Assembly (NCBI GenBank): GCA_038087875.1
Contig: JAXLNO010000214.1
Coordinates: 1-64,000 of the forward strand
Source: Malacoraja senta
Taxonomy: Eukaryota
Length of the DNA: 64,000 bases
Reading direction: 5' to 3'
The notes under the pieces were generated by a model. That model was not told the origin of the DNA. It searched no databases and saw only the letters and a program-made list of their open reading frames with translations. Shown piece after piece: positions 1-11,613 of this stretch. Each line of letters starts with the position of its first letter. Positions within the stretch are counted from its first letter, which is position 1. A program made the translations under genes and the position numbers.

Positions 1-13
1 CCCCCCTCTCCCT

Positions 14-280
14 AGCCATAGGATATAGATTCAAGGTGAAGGGGAAAAAGATTTAATAGGAACCTAAGGGTAAACCTTTCGACACAGAGGGTGGTGGGTT
101 TTATGGTACAGCTGCTGGAAGATGTTCTTGAGCAGGGATTATCACGATGTTTGGACAGGTAAATGGATAGCACATGTTTGGAGGGATATGGGCTAAACGC
201 GGGCAGGTGGGATAAGTGTAAATGGAGCATGTTGGTCAGTCTGGACCAAGTTGACCGAAGGACCTGTTTCCGTTCTATTA
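14..280 (+). mobile_element. CR1-type LINE 3' end fragment (part of the repeated ~2.3-kb unit)
   Basis: aaggtgaaggggaaaagatttaataggaacc...cacagagggtggtggg...gagggatatggg...ttgaccgaagg.cctgtttcc; paralogous copies at ~2355-2590, ~12070-12310 and a related copy at ~48200-48480. Confidence 0.75.
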
Positions 281-1908
281 CTTCCCCAAGCCTCTCCGCC
301 CTCCGGCACTCTCTCGATCTCCCCATCATTCTCCCCCTCCCCGTCTCTCCCTCCCTCTCCCCGTCTCTCACTCTCACTCTCCGTCTCTCCCTCCTCCCCA
401 TCTCTCCTCTCTTCCCCGTCTCTTCTTCCCTCTCCCAGTCTCTCTCCCCGTCTCTACTTACCCCTCTCAGTCCCTTCTCTCTTTCCCTCCCTCCGTCTCC
501 ATCTCTCCCCCTTCTCTCTCTCTCCCTGTCTCCCAACCCTCCGTCTCCATCTCTAGACCTTCTCTCTCTCTCTTTCTCCCGTGACTTTCTTTCCCCGACT
601 TTTTCTGTCAGACACTCCCTCCTTCCTGCGAGAGACCAGAGAGAGAAAGAGACGGGGAGGGGAAAGAGAGAATGATGGAGACGGGGGAGAGAGACGGGAA
701 GGGGAGAGATGGAGGGGCGAAGGAGACAGGGACACGGACCCCAACGTCCGACCCACTCCCCTGCCTCCCCTCCTCTCTCGCTCTCTCCCTCCCTCCCCTC
801 GAAAAAGTGTTTCATCATTTCTGTTCTAAATGGCTTACTCCTTATTATTACGTGGAGGGAGAGAGACAGATAGAGGCAGAGAGAGATAGAGGGTGAGGGG
901 GGATAGAGAGCGACGGGGAGCGGAGAGGGAGAGAGAAAGTAAGAGTGACGGGGTGGCAAGGGAAAGAGAGGGGGAGGGAAAGAGAGTCGGGAGAGGGAGG
1001 AATAGAGACGGGTAAGGGAATGCAAAAGTGACGAAGGGGTGGGAGAGAGCTGGAGATGGTGGAAGAGAGAACGAGGAGGGACATCAATGAAACAACGTTT
1101 AAGTGTAATTTGGCCAGATACATTTAACCAGACATTTAGGTACATGGATAGGACAGGTTTAAATGTATAATTACAGGTGCCCTCCCCTAATTCCATCATT
1201 TACAGGTACACTCCCTTAAATCCGTGGCAGATTTGCTAGACCGATGGAGAGAATGGGAAGAGAAATGGGGAGAGAGGGTGTAGAGTGGAGAAGAGTGGAG
1301 AGAGCGAGAGAGAGAGCGAGAGAGCGAGAGAGCGAGAGAGCGAGAGAGGGAGAGAGCGAGAGAGAGAGAGGGGGAGAGGGTGGGAGAGAGAGAATAATCC
1401 TGGTGAAGGAAATACGGCACATCATGGTGCACAATACGTAACAGCATGCCATAACCTGAGAGACGGTGAATGACCAACATGCACATATGCACGCACACAC
1501 TAATTGACATTAACTGACACTAAGAAATTAATATTGAATTGCTAAACTTGCTACTCTGTTGTACGGCTTACAGCTGCAAGAACGTATCGCAATCAATAAA
1601 GGGCTATAGGTCTTTTGCGAGTTTATGCAGAGGGACATATCAATCCATGCACTGTATACTTGTATACATATTTGTACATTTTTAAAATGTATGTCATATT
1701 TATACTTTGGCTATATAACGATGTCTTTTATCATGCATCGTTATATAGCGGATGAAGTGAGAGATGAGGTCTCGTCTGAAGAACTCTCGACCCGTAACAT
1801 GCCGCAATCATTCTCCCCAGAGATGCTGCATGTCACGCTGAGGACGCCAGCATTGTGTTTGTCTATGTTAAGCCAAGTTATGTCAATGAGTTTAGAATAA
1901 CGAGAGAG

Positions 1909-1948
<40 letters not shown>

Positions 1949-1949
1949 A

Positions 1950-2355
1950 ACTTGGGTGCAGAGAGAAGGATTGGGAGGGGTGGAGAGAGAGAGGGAGAGA
2001 AGGCCTGTGAGAGGGAGAGAGCGAGACGGGGAGTGGAGGAAGTGAAAGATGGGATCTCGTCTGAAGAACGGTCTCGACCCGAAATCATGTCCTATTCATT
2101 CTCCCTAGAAATGCTGCATGTCCCGCTGTTCGCCAGAATTGTGTCTATGTTCAGCCAAGTAATGTCGTGCCCAGATTAATAAACTGTGCTCAACATATGA
2201 TGAGCGTTTGTCGGCACTGGACCTGTACTCACTAAAGTTCAGAAGAACGAGGGGGTCCTCATTGAAACAACGTTTGTAACATTTGGACAGGTACATGGAT
2301 AAGACAGGTTTAAAGGTATATATACAGGTGCCCTCCCCTATTTCTCTCATTTACA
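1950..2355 (+). repeat. Conserved block of the degenerate tandem unit (GA tract + Penelope-pLTR-like piece + CR1 piece)
   Basis: gatgggatctcgtctgaagaa.ggtctcgacccgaa...gctcaacatatgatgagcgtttgtcggc recurs at ~11650-12070 and ~22700-23025; partial copies at ~1752-1885, ~1070-1200 and ~7920-8050. Confidence 0.85.
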
Positions 2356-3121
2356 GGGGATAAGATTTAATAGGAACCTGAGGGGTAAAATTTCCACACA
2401 GATGGTGGTGGGATCTTATGGAACAGCTGCCGGAAGATGTACTTGAGGCAGGGACTATCACATCGTATGGATAGGTACATGGATAGCACAGTTTGGAGGG
2501 ATATAGGCCAAACGCGGGCAGGTGGATAAGTGTAAATGGAGCATTTTGGTCAGTGAGCAAGTTGACCGAAGGGCCTATTTCCGTTGTATTACTTCCACAA
2601 CCCTCTCCCCTCCCTCACTCTCTCGATCTCCCCATCATTCTCACCCTCCTCCACTTCCCTCCTCCCCGTCTCTCCCTTCCTCTCCCCGTTTCTCACTCTC
2701 TCTCTCCCGGTCTCTACCTCCCTCCACATCTCTCTGTCCTCTCTTCCCCCGTCTCTCCCTCGCTCTCCTCCTCTCGCTCGCCCATCCATGTCTCTCTCTC
2801 TTCCTTCCAGTCCCTCCCCGTCTCTCTCTACTCCCCCCTCCTCACTCTCCCGTCTCGTCTCATTTTCACCTCCATCTTTGGCACCTCTCTCTCTCCGTCT
2901 CCTCTATCCCTCCCTCCGTCTCCATCTCTAGACCCTTCTCTCTCTCTCTCCTCTCTGTACCTCCCTCCGTACCCTCTGTCTCTCGCCCGTCAGTTTCACT
3001 ATCTGACTGTTTCGGTCAGACACTCCCTCCTTCCAGCTGCGACAAACGCCGAGACGCAGAGCGAGAATGAGTGACGAGTAGAGGGAGAGACAGATGGGAG
3101 GGGGGTGAGAGAGACGGGGAG

Positions 3122-3184
<63 letters not shown>

Positions 3185-3772
3185 GAGAGAGAGAGGATTG
3201 GAGGGGAGGGGAGGGAGTGAAAGAGTTGAGACGGGGAGGGGAGATAGGAGTGACACTGAGGGGAGGAGAGAGTATGGGAGAGGATGGAGAGGGGAGGGGA
3301 GGGGAGTGAGGTGGAGAGAGGACGGGAGAGAGAGAGAGAGAGAGAAGGGGAGAGAGACACGTGGAGGAGAGCGAGATAGACGGTGAAGGAGGGGAAAGAG
3401 AGAGAGAGAGTGAGATGAGAGAGAGGAAAAGTAAGAGTGACGGGGAGGCGAGGAGAGAGAGGGGGAGGCGTGAGAGAGACGGGGAGGAGAGGGAGAGAGA
3501 GTCGGGAGGGAGAGAGATAGAGACGGGGAGGGGAAAGAAAAAGAGACGGGTAGCGGAGGGAGAGAGAGCCGGGGATGGAGGGGAGAGAGAGTGACAGGGA
3601 GGGAAAGAGAGGAACAAGGACGAGGGGAGAGCGACGGGAGAGAAAAAGAGAGAGAGAGAGAGAGTTAGTGAGGGAGGGGGCCGGGAGAGAATGGAGGGGA
3701 AGAGAGAGGGAGACGGGGAGGGGAAGGAGAGAGAGAGATGCGACGGGTACGGGACCAGAGAGAGAAAGAGAC

Positions 3773-6505
3773 AGGAGGGATAGAGAGAAAGGAAAAGGAG
3801 GTGGGTAGGCGTTGCTGGTTAGAGAGGAGATTAACGCAGTGGAAAGGAAGGACATTAGCTTGGAGGATGTGGAATCGGTATGGGTAGAGCTGCGAAACAC
3901 TGAGGGGCAGAAAACGCTGGTGGGTGTTGTGTACAGGCCACCTAGCAGTAGTAGTGAAGTTGGGGATGGCATCAAACAGGAAATTAGAAATGCGTGCAAC
4001 AAAGGCAAAACAGTTATAATCGGTGACATCAATCTACATATAGATTGGGTGAATCAAATTGCAGGGGTGCTGAGGAAGAGATTTCTTGGAATGTATGAGG
4101 GATAGTTATCTAAACCAACATGTAGAGGAACCAACGAGAGAGCAGGCTATTCTAGACTGGGTATTGAGTAATGAGGAAGGGGTTAGTTAGCAGACTTGCT
4201 GTGCGTGCCACCTTGGGCAAGAGTGACCATAATATGGTTGAGTTATCATTAGGATGGAGAGGACATTGTTAATCAGAAACAACGGTTCTGAACTTAAGAA
4301 AGGTAACTTTGAGGTATGAGACGTGAATTGGCCAAGATTGACTGGCAATTCTAAAAGGGTTGACGGTGGATATGCAATGGAAGGCATTTAAAGACTGCAT
4401 GGATGAGCTACAAAAATTGTTCATCCCAGTTTGGCAAAAGAATAAATCAGGGAGGTAGTGCATCCGTGGATAACAAGGGAATCAGGGATAGTATCAAAGC
4501 AAAAGATGATGCGTACAAATTAGCCAGAAAAAGCAGCATACCAGAGGATTGGGAGAAATTCAGAGACCAGCAGAGGAGGACAAGGGCTTAATTAGGAAAG
4601 GGAAAATAGATTATGAAAGGAAACTGGCAGGGAACATAAAAAACTGACTGCAAAAAGTTTTATAGGATATGTGAAGAGAAAGAGATTAGTTTAAAACAAA
4701 TGTAGGTCCCTTGCAGTCAGAAACAGGTGATTGATCATGGGGAACAAGGATATGGCGGACCAATGAATAACTACTTTGGTTCCGTCTTCCACTAAGGAAG
4801 ACATAAATAATCTGCCGGAAATAGCAGGGGGCCGCGGGTCAAAGGAGATGGAGGAACTGAGTGAAATCCAGGTTAGTCGCGAAGTGGTGTTGGGTAAATT
4901 GAATGGATTAAAGGCCGATAAATCACCAGGGTCAGATAGGCTGCATCCCAGAGTACTTAAGGAAGTAGCTCCAGAAAATAGTGGATGCATTAGTGATATT
5001 TTTTCAAACTCTTTAGATTCTGGAGTAGTTCCTGAGGATTGGAGGATAGCAAACGTAACCCCACTTTTTAAGAAGGGAGGGAGAGAGAAAACGGGGAATT
5101 ACAGACCAGTTAGTCTAACATCGGTAGTGGGGAAACTGCTAGTCAGTTATTATAAGATGGGATAGCAGCACATTTGGAAAGTGGTGAAATCATTGGACAA
5201 AGTCAGCATGGATTTACGAAAGGTAAATCGTGTCTGACGAATCTATAGAATTTTTCGAGGATGTAACTAGTAGAGTGGAAAGGGGAGAACCAGTGGATGT
5301 GTTGTATCTGGACTTTCAGAAGGCTTTCGACAAGGTACCACATAAGAGATTAGGATACAAACTTAAATCACACGGTATTGGGGGTTCAGTATTGATGTGG
5401 ATAGAGAACTGGCTGGCAACAGGAAGCAAAGAGCAGGAGTAAACGGGTCCTTTTCACAATGGCAGGCAGTGACTAGTGGGGTACCGCAAGGCTCAGTGCT
5501 GGGACCCCAGCTATTTACAATTTATATTAATGATCTGGACGAGGGAATTGAAAGCAACATCTCCAAGTTTGCGGATGACACTAAGCTGGGGGCCAGTGTT
5601 AGCTGTGAGGAGGATGCTAGGAGACTGCAAGGTGACTTGATAGGCTGGGTGAGTGGGCAAATGTTTGGCAGATGCAGTATAATGTGGATAAATGTGAGGT
5701 TATCCACTTGGTGGCAAAAAACGGGAAGGCAGACTATTATCTAAATGGTGGCCGATTAGGAAATGGGGAGATGCAGCGAGACCTGGGTGTCATGGTACGC
5801 CAGTCATTGAAAGTAGGCATGCAGGTGCAGCAGGCAGTGAAGAAAGCGAATGGTATGTTGGCCTTCATAGCAAGAGGATTTGAGTATAGGAGCAGGGAGG
5901 TTCTACTGCAGTTGTACAGGGTCTTGGTGAGACCACACTGGAATATTGCGTAAAGTTTTGGTCTCCAAATCTGAGGAAGGACATTATAGCCATAGAGGGA
6001 GTGCAGAGAAGGTTCACCAGACTGATTCCTGGGATGTCAGGAGTTTCATATGAAGAAAGACCTGGATAGACTTGGCTTATACTCGCTAGAATTTAGGAGA
6101 TTGAGAGGGATCTTATAGAAACGTACAAAATTCTTATGGGTTGGACAGGCTAGATGCAGGAAGATTGTTCCCCGATGTTGGGGAAGTCCAGGACAAGGGG
6201 TCACAGCTTAAGGATAAGGGGGAAATCCTTTAAGACCGAGATGAGGAAAAACGTTTTCACACAGAGAGTGGTGAATCTCTGGAACTCTCTGCCAACAGAG
6301 GGTAGTTGAGGCCAGTTCATTGGCTATATTTAAGAGGGAGTTAGATGTGGTCCCTTGTGGCTAAAGGGATCAGGGGGTATGGAGAGAAGGCAGGTACGGG
6401 ATACTGAGTTGGATGATCAGCCATGATCATATTGAAGTGCGGTGCAGGCTCGAAGGGCCGAATGGCCTACTCCTGCACCTATTTTCTATGTATCTATGTA
6501 TCTAT
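3773..6505 (+). mobile_element. CR1 LINE, 5'-truncated (late EN + RT + 3' UTR), frameshifted
   Basis: ORF2 pieces [60 protein letters not shown]; (tctatgta)n tail; flanked by gagac duplication (3768-3772 / 6506-6510). Confidence 0.95.
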
Positions 6506-6637
6506 GAGACGGGGAGGGGAAAGAGAGAGTGACGGAGACGGGGAGAGACGGAGAGAGGAAGTGAGAGATGGATTAGCGAGGGAGACAGGGACACGGACCC
6601 AACGTCCCACCCACTCCCTGCCTCCCCTCCTCCCTTC

Positions 6638-7684
6638 ATTAGAGATTAGAGATTAGAGATTAGAGATTAGAGATTCCTTTATTTGTCATTCAGACCTTTC
6701 GGGTCTGAACGAAATTTCGTTGCCTGCAGTCATACATATAATAAATAAATGACAAAACACACAATAAACACAAATTAACATCCACTACAGTGAGTTCACC
6801 AGGCACCTCCTCACTGTGATGGAGGCAAAAGTCTTAAAGTCTCTGTCTCTTCCCGCTTTCTTCTCCTCTGCGCTGAGGCGATCCAGGCTTCTGATGCTGT
6901 GGCCCCGCCGGGGCGACGGTAAGCCAGTCCAGCGGCCGAATCCGTGCTCCGCGACGGGCTGGCTCAAACTCCGCGGCCCCGGGGTGGTCGAAGCTGCCGA
7001 AGCTGCCGCCCTCCAGTCCAGCGGACGCAGCTGTAGTTGCGGGAGCCCCAGAAAAAACAGGTCACCAACCTGTGACCAGCGCGCTCCCGACGATGTCGTC
7101 CACTGGGCCCGCGGCCGAGCCTCCGGTCTCAGGTCGCCACCAGTGTCCTCGGTCGCCACCGCCGGAACGCCACCGCAGCCCCGAAGTTGGCCAGCCTCGC
7201 GCTCCCGAAGATGTCGTCCACTGGGCCAGCTGCGGCCGAGCCTCCGGATTCAGGTCGCCACCAGTGTCCTCGGTCGCCACCGCCGGAACGCCACCGCAGC
7301 CCCGAAGTTGGCCAGGCCTCGCGCTGGTAAGTCCTGGCTCTGCCCCCGGAGCCTCGAGGTCGGTCGCTCGCTCGCAGTTGGAGTTGGAGGCCGCAGCTCG
7401 CAGTTTGGAGTTGGAGGCCGGCAGCTCGCAGTTGGAGTTGGAGGCCGGCCGCTCCGCCATTTTGGCCTCAGCGCAGACGGAGGCAGAGGAAGGGGGATAC
7501 GACAAGAAAGTCGCATTCCCCCGAAGGAAGAGACAAAAGTCATGTTTCACCACCCCACCCCCCACCCCACACATACACAACCCAATAAATTAAAATTTAA
7601 CTGAAACAGGACAAAAGAAAACAACAAAAAAAGTAAAAACAGACGGACTGCAGGCGAGCCGCTGCTGTACGACAGCGCCGCCAC
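6638..7684 (-). mobile_element. Short non-coding Rex1/Babar-like retroelement with 3' stem-loop and (tctaatc)n tail
   Basis: Minus-strand 3' end ttcagacc-cgaaa-ggtctgaa-tgacaaataaa + heptamer tail; 6806-7684 homologous to 10790-11452; internal ~120-bp duplication (7080-7320) and 3x ~27-bp repeats (7372-7450); no RT. Confidence 0.7.
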
Positions 7685-8116
7685 ATCTCTCCCTCCATCC
7701 TCTCCCTCCCCTCTATGTTTACATAGTTTGGTGCTTCTGCTAGTTTTGATGTCATTGTTGTGTCTGGGATATTTGACCCGGGTCAACACATGAGTCTTGA
7801 CCCGCTGCCCTCTCCCTCTTACCCAGTCTCTCTCCCTCCGCGGTGCTCTCTCTTCCATCCAATCTCTCCACTCTCTTTCTCCGTTCCCACCCTTCTGTCT
7901 CCTTTCTTTCTGTCTCTCCGGAGAAGAACGAGGGGACCTCATTGATACAACGTTTAAGTCATTTGGCCAGAGACATTTGGCCAGACATTTAGACAGGTAC
8001 ATGGATAGGACAGGTTCAAAGGTATACTTACAGGTGCCCTCCCCTAAATCCAAGTGGTAGAGATTCTCTCACAGCGCCTAAGACCCGATCGGGAGAGAGA
8101 TGGGGAGAGTGGGGGG

Positions 8117-8173
<57 letters not shown>

Positions 8174-8176
<3 letters not shown>

Positions 8177-10790
8177 GATAATAATAATAATAAAAATAAT
8201 AATAATAATAATATCTTTTATTGTCATTGCACGTCAGTGCAACGAGATTAGTATGCAGCTCCACCGATGTACAAGAAAAGTAAAATCAATAAATAATCAA
8301 GCTGAGTGACGTGACCATCCGAGGGAGACTGTCCAGGGGGGTGGGTGGGGGGGGGGCACTCAGCAGGGCCGGTTCAGATCCGCTATAGCTCTTGGAATAA
8401 AGCTCTTTCTGAGTGGAGGTTCGGGCGTAGAAGGCCTTGTAACGTCTGCCGAGGGAAGTAGTTCAACAAGTCCGGTACAAGGGTGTGATGAGTCCTTATG
8501 GATGCTGACGGCCTTCCTGAGGCACCGTGTGTGGTAGATGCCCTCCAAGGCTGGTAGCTCTGTCCCAATGATCCTCTGCGCTCTGTGGACGACGCGCTGA
8601 AGAGCTCTCTTCTCCGCCTCCGTGCAGCTGCGATACCACCACAGAGATGCCATACGTTAGTATGCTATCTGTGGTGCAGCGGTAGAACATTGTCAGCAGC
8701 TGTTGGGGCCGACCAGACTTTTTTTTAATGTCCTCAGGAAGAACAGTCGTTGCTGTGCCTTCTTGACCAGCGCAGCGGTGTTGGTTGACCATGTGAGGTC
8801 CTCTGAAATGTGAGTGCCCAGAAACTTAAAGCTGGACACTCTCTCCACGCTTCCCCGTAAATGGAGATTGGGGCGTATTCTCCATTATGGGACCCCCTGA
8901 AGTCAATAATCAGCTCCTTGGTCTTGGAGGTGTTTTAGTGACAAGTTGCTATGAGCGCACCAGTCCGCCAGGCTCTGTATTTTGTTTCATCACCGTTGGT
9001 GATCAGCCCAATCACTGTTGTGTCGTCTGCAAACTTCACGATGGTGATGGTGTCGAATGTAGGGACACAGTCGTGAGTGAAGAGGGAGTAGAGCATGGGG
9101 CTTAGTACACAGCTCTGTGGTGTGCCGGTGCTCAGGGTGATAGTGGAGGACAGGTGCGGGCCCAGTCTCACTGCCTGCGGGTCGCTCCGTCAGAAAGTTC
9201 AGGATCCAATCGCATATCGGCGAGCTGAGGCCTAGCTGGTGGAGTTTGGTGGTGAGCTTGGTGGGGATGACCCGTATTGAATGCAGAGCTATGGTCAATG
9301 AAGAGCATCTTCACATACGTGCCCTGTTTATCCAGGTGAGTCAGGACAGTGTGAAAGAGCCAGAGAGATGGCATCCTCTGTTCATCTATTTGCCCTGTAT
9401 GCAAATTGATGGGAGTCCAGTGAGGCAGGGATGATGGGATTTGATATGGGAGAGGACAGCCTTTCGAAGCACTTCATTGGGATTGGGTTAGGGCAACCGG
9501 CGGAAGTCGTTGAGGTTGGTGACTTTGGACATTTTCGGCATCGGCACTATGGTGGTTGTTTTCAGGCACCTTGGGGACCGTTGCCAGCGATAGAGACAGG
9601 TTGAAGATTCTCGTGAATACCTCCGCCAGCTGTAGAGCACAGTCCCTTAGTACCCTTCCCTGGACTCCATCCGGGCCTGCAGCCTTGCGTGGATTGATCC
9701 TACGCAGAGCGCACTGTACCTCCTGGGTGCTCAATGTTAAGGCCTCTCCCTCCGCCATGGCCGGGGTTATTCCACTCCTGGTGGTGTTGCCAGTTTCGAA
9801 CCGGGCAAAGAAGGTTTTTAGTTCGTTCTTTTCGTGTCTTTGAAGCTGGTTGGTTATATGACAGTTTCCCATTCCTTTACACAATCCTTTGCATTTTTAT
9901 TGAACACTGCAAGATCTTTGAGCTGCACTGGTTGGGTAGTAGGAGGCAGACAAGGCAGTGCTGCTTGTGTGGGGTCCTCTTCTCCACATTCTCATGTGGT
10001 TTGGCCAGTTTCATAGCCCATCTGGCCATGGCATCTTTTGATCGCCCTGTTCCTGTTCTCAGGCGGTTGAGCCTCTTCCACTGGACCCATGGTGCTTCTG
10101 AGCCCGGTGGGGGGGGGGGGTTCAGAAGGAGGGATACCCATGTCAGTTTAGTTCGTTGGCCAGTGTGATATCACCCGCGGGGGCAGGCGGGGCTGCTCTT
10201 GTAGTCGGGGTGGGGGGGAGGGGGGGGGGGTCCCTGACACCCTGCCACTTGCTTCTGGTGTCCAGCGGTGTTGAAGTAGTCTTCTACCCTTTGCCTGTGG
10301 ATGTCTTTGGCCTTTTTTATGCCTTTGTTCAGGTTCGACCTGGCCGCCACTGTAAGCAGAAGTGTCCCTGGATTTAAAGGCATTGTTGCGTGCCCTTAGC
10401 ATATCCTGAACCTCCTTGTTCATCCAGGGGTTTTCCGGTTTGGGAACACCTTTATTTGCTTGTCCATTGTGACAGTCTCCACACAGCAGTTGATGTAGGA
10501 GAGCACAGTGGATGTGTACTCCTCCAAGTCTACCTCTGTACCACTGGTAGCCTGTTGTGCAAACAGGTCCCACTCGGTGCGATCAAAGCAGTCCTGGAGT
10601 TGTAGAGTGGCGTCCTCGGGCCATATTTTGACCGTCCTTATTGCAGGTTTGGTCTTGCGGATGAGAGGTTTGTATGCAGGCAGTATAAACAGTGAAAGGT
10701 GATCGGATTGTCCCAGGGATGGGCGGGGGAGAGCTCTGTATGCGTCCTTGATGTTGGTGCACAATTTATCCAACGTGTTTGATAAGGCCG
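8174..10790 (-). mobile_element. Rex1/Babar LINE ORF2 (late EN, RT) and 3' end, degenerate
   Basis: [89 protein letters not shown]; 3' hairpin ttgcac-tgac-gtgcaa-tgacaataaa + (att)n tail. Confidence 0.92.
9828..10146 (-). mobile_element. 5'-truncated Vingi/Ingi-like (I-group) LINE 3' end nested in Rex1
   Basis: Flanked by tttagttcgtt (9817-9827 / 10147-10157); minus strand reads PPGSEAPWVQWKRLNRLRTGTGRSKDAMARW..(C)ECGEE...HCLVC...DLAVFN...W, ending gacacgaaaag. Confidence 0.7.
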
Positions 10791-11452
10791 CTCCTCAATG
10801 TGATGGAGGCAAAAGTCTTAAAGTCTCTGTCTCTTCACTCTTTGTTCTCCCTCTACGCTGAGGCGATCCAGGCTTCTGACGTTGTGACCCCGCCGGGTGA
10901 TGGTAAGCCAGTCCCGCGGCTGAATCAGTGCTCCGCGACGGGCCGGTTCAAACTCCGCGGCCCGGGGTGGCCGAAGCTGCCGCCCTCCAGTCCAGCGGAC
11001 GCAGCTGTAGTTGCCGGGAGCTCCAGCAAAACAGGTCAACCCACCTGTGACCTGCGAGCTCCCGACGATGTCGTCCACATGGCCAGCTGCGGCCGAGCCC
11101 CGGATTCAGGTCGCCACCAGTGTCTTTGGTCGCCACCCGCCGGAACGCCACCACAGCCCCGGTCGGCCAGCCTCGCGTTGGTAAGTCCTGGCTCTGCCTC
11201 CGGAGTCTCGAGGTCGGTCGCAGTTGGAGGCCGCCAGCTCCGCCATTAGGCCTCAGCGCAGACGGAGGCAGAGAAGGGGGATACGACAAGAAGAAGTCGC
11301 ATTCACCCGAAGGAAGAGACAAAAATCATGTTTCACCCCCCCCCCACCACCCACACATACACATACCCAATACACTGAAATTTAACTAAAACTGGACAAA
11401 AGAAAACAACAACAAAAGTAAAAACAGATGGACTGCAGGCGAGTGCTGCCAC
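10790..11452 (-). mobile_element. GC-rich 5' segment homologous to the short element at 6806-7684, joined to Rex1 EN
   Basis: Alignment by eye from ctcctca.tgtgatggaggcaaaagtcttaaag to gactgcaggcgag. Confidence 0.8.
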
Positions 11453-11511
11453 GAGAGAGAGAGAGAGAGAGAGAGAGGAGAGGAGAGGGGTGAGAGAGAG
11501 AGAGAGGGAGA

Positions 11512-11613
<102 letters not shown>

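Noticed and set aside
1393..1637. Possible solo-LTR fragment (AATAAA followed by ...gggaca)
   Set aside because: No clear TG start, TSD, second LTR or PBS/PPT.
12..3808. Long Ser/Leu/Pro- or Glu/Arg-rich ORFs (also 22973-23726, 27960-29810, 42208-45312)
   Set aside because: Stop-free frames produced by GA/TC low-complexity DNA; no domain signal.
6785..7604. Overlapping GC-rich ORFs up to 262 aa (also 10779-11389, 23656-24358)
   Set aside because: Frames are not preserved between homologous copies; high GC explains the lack of stops.
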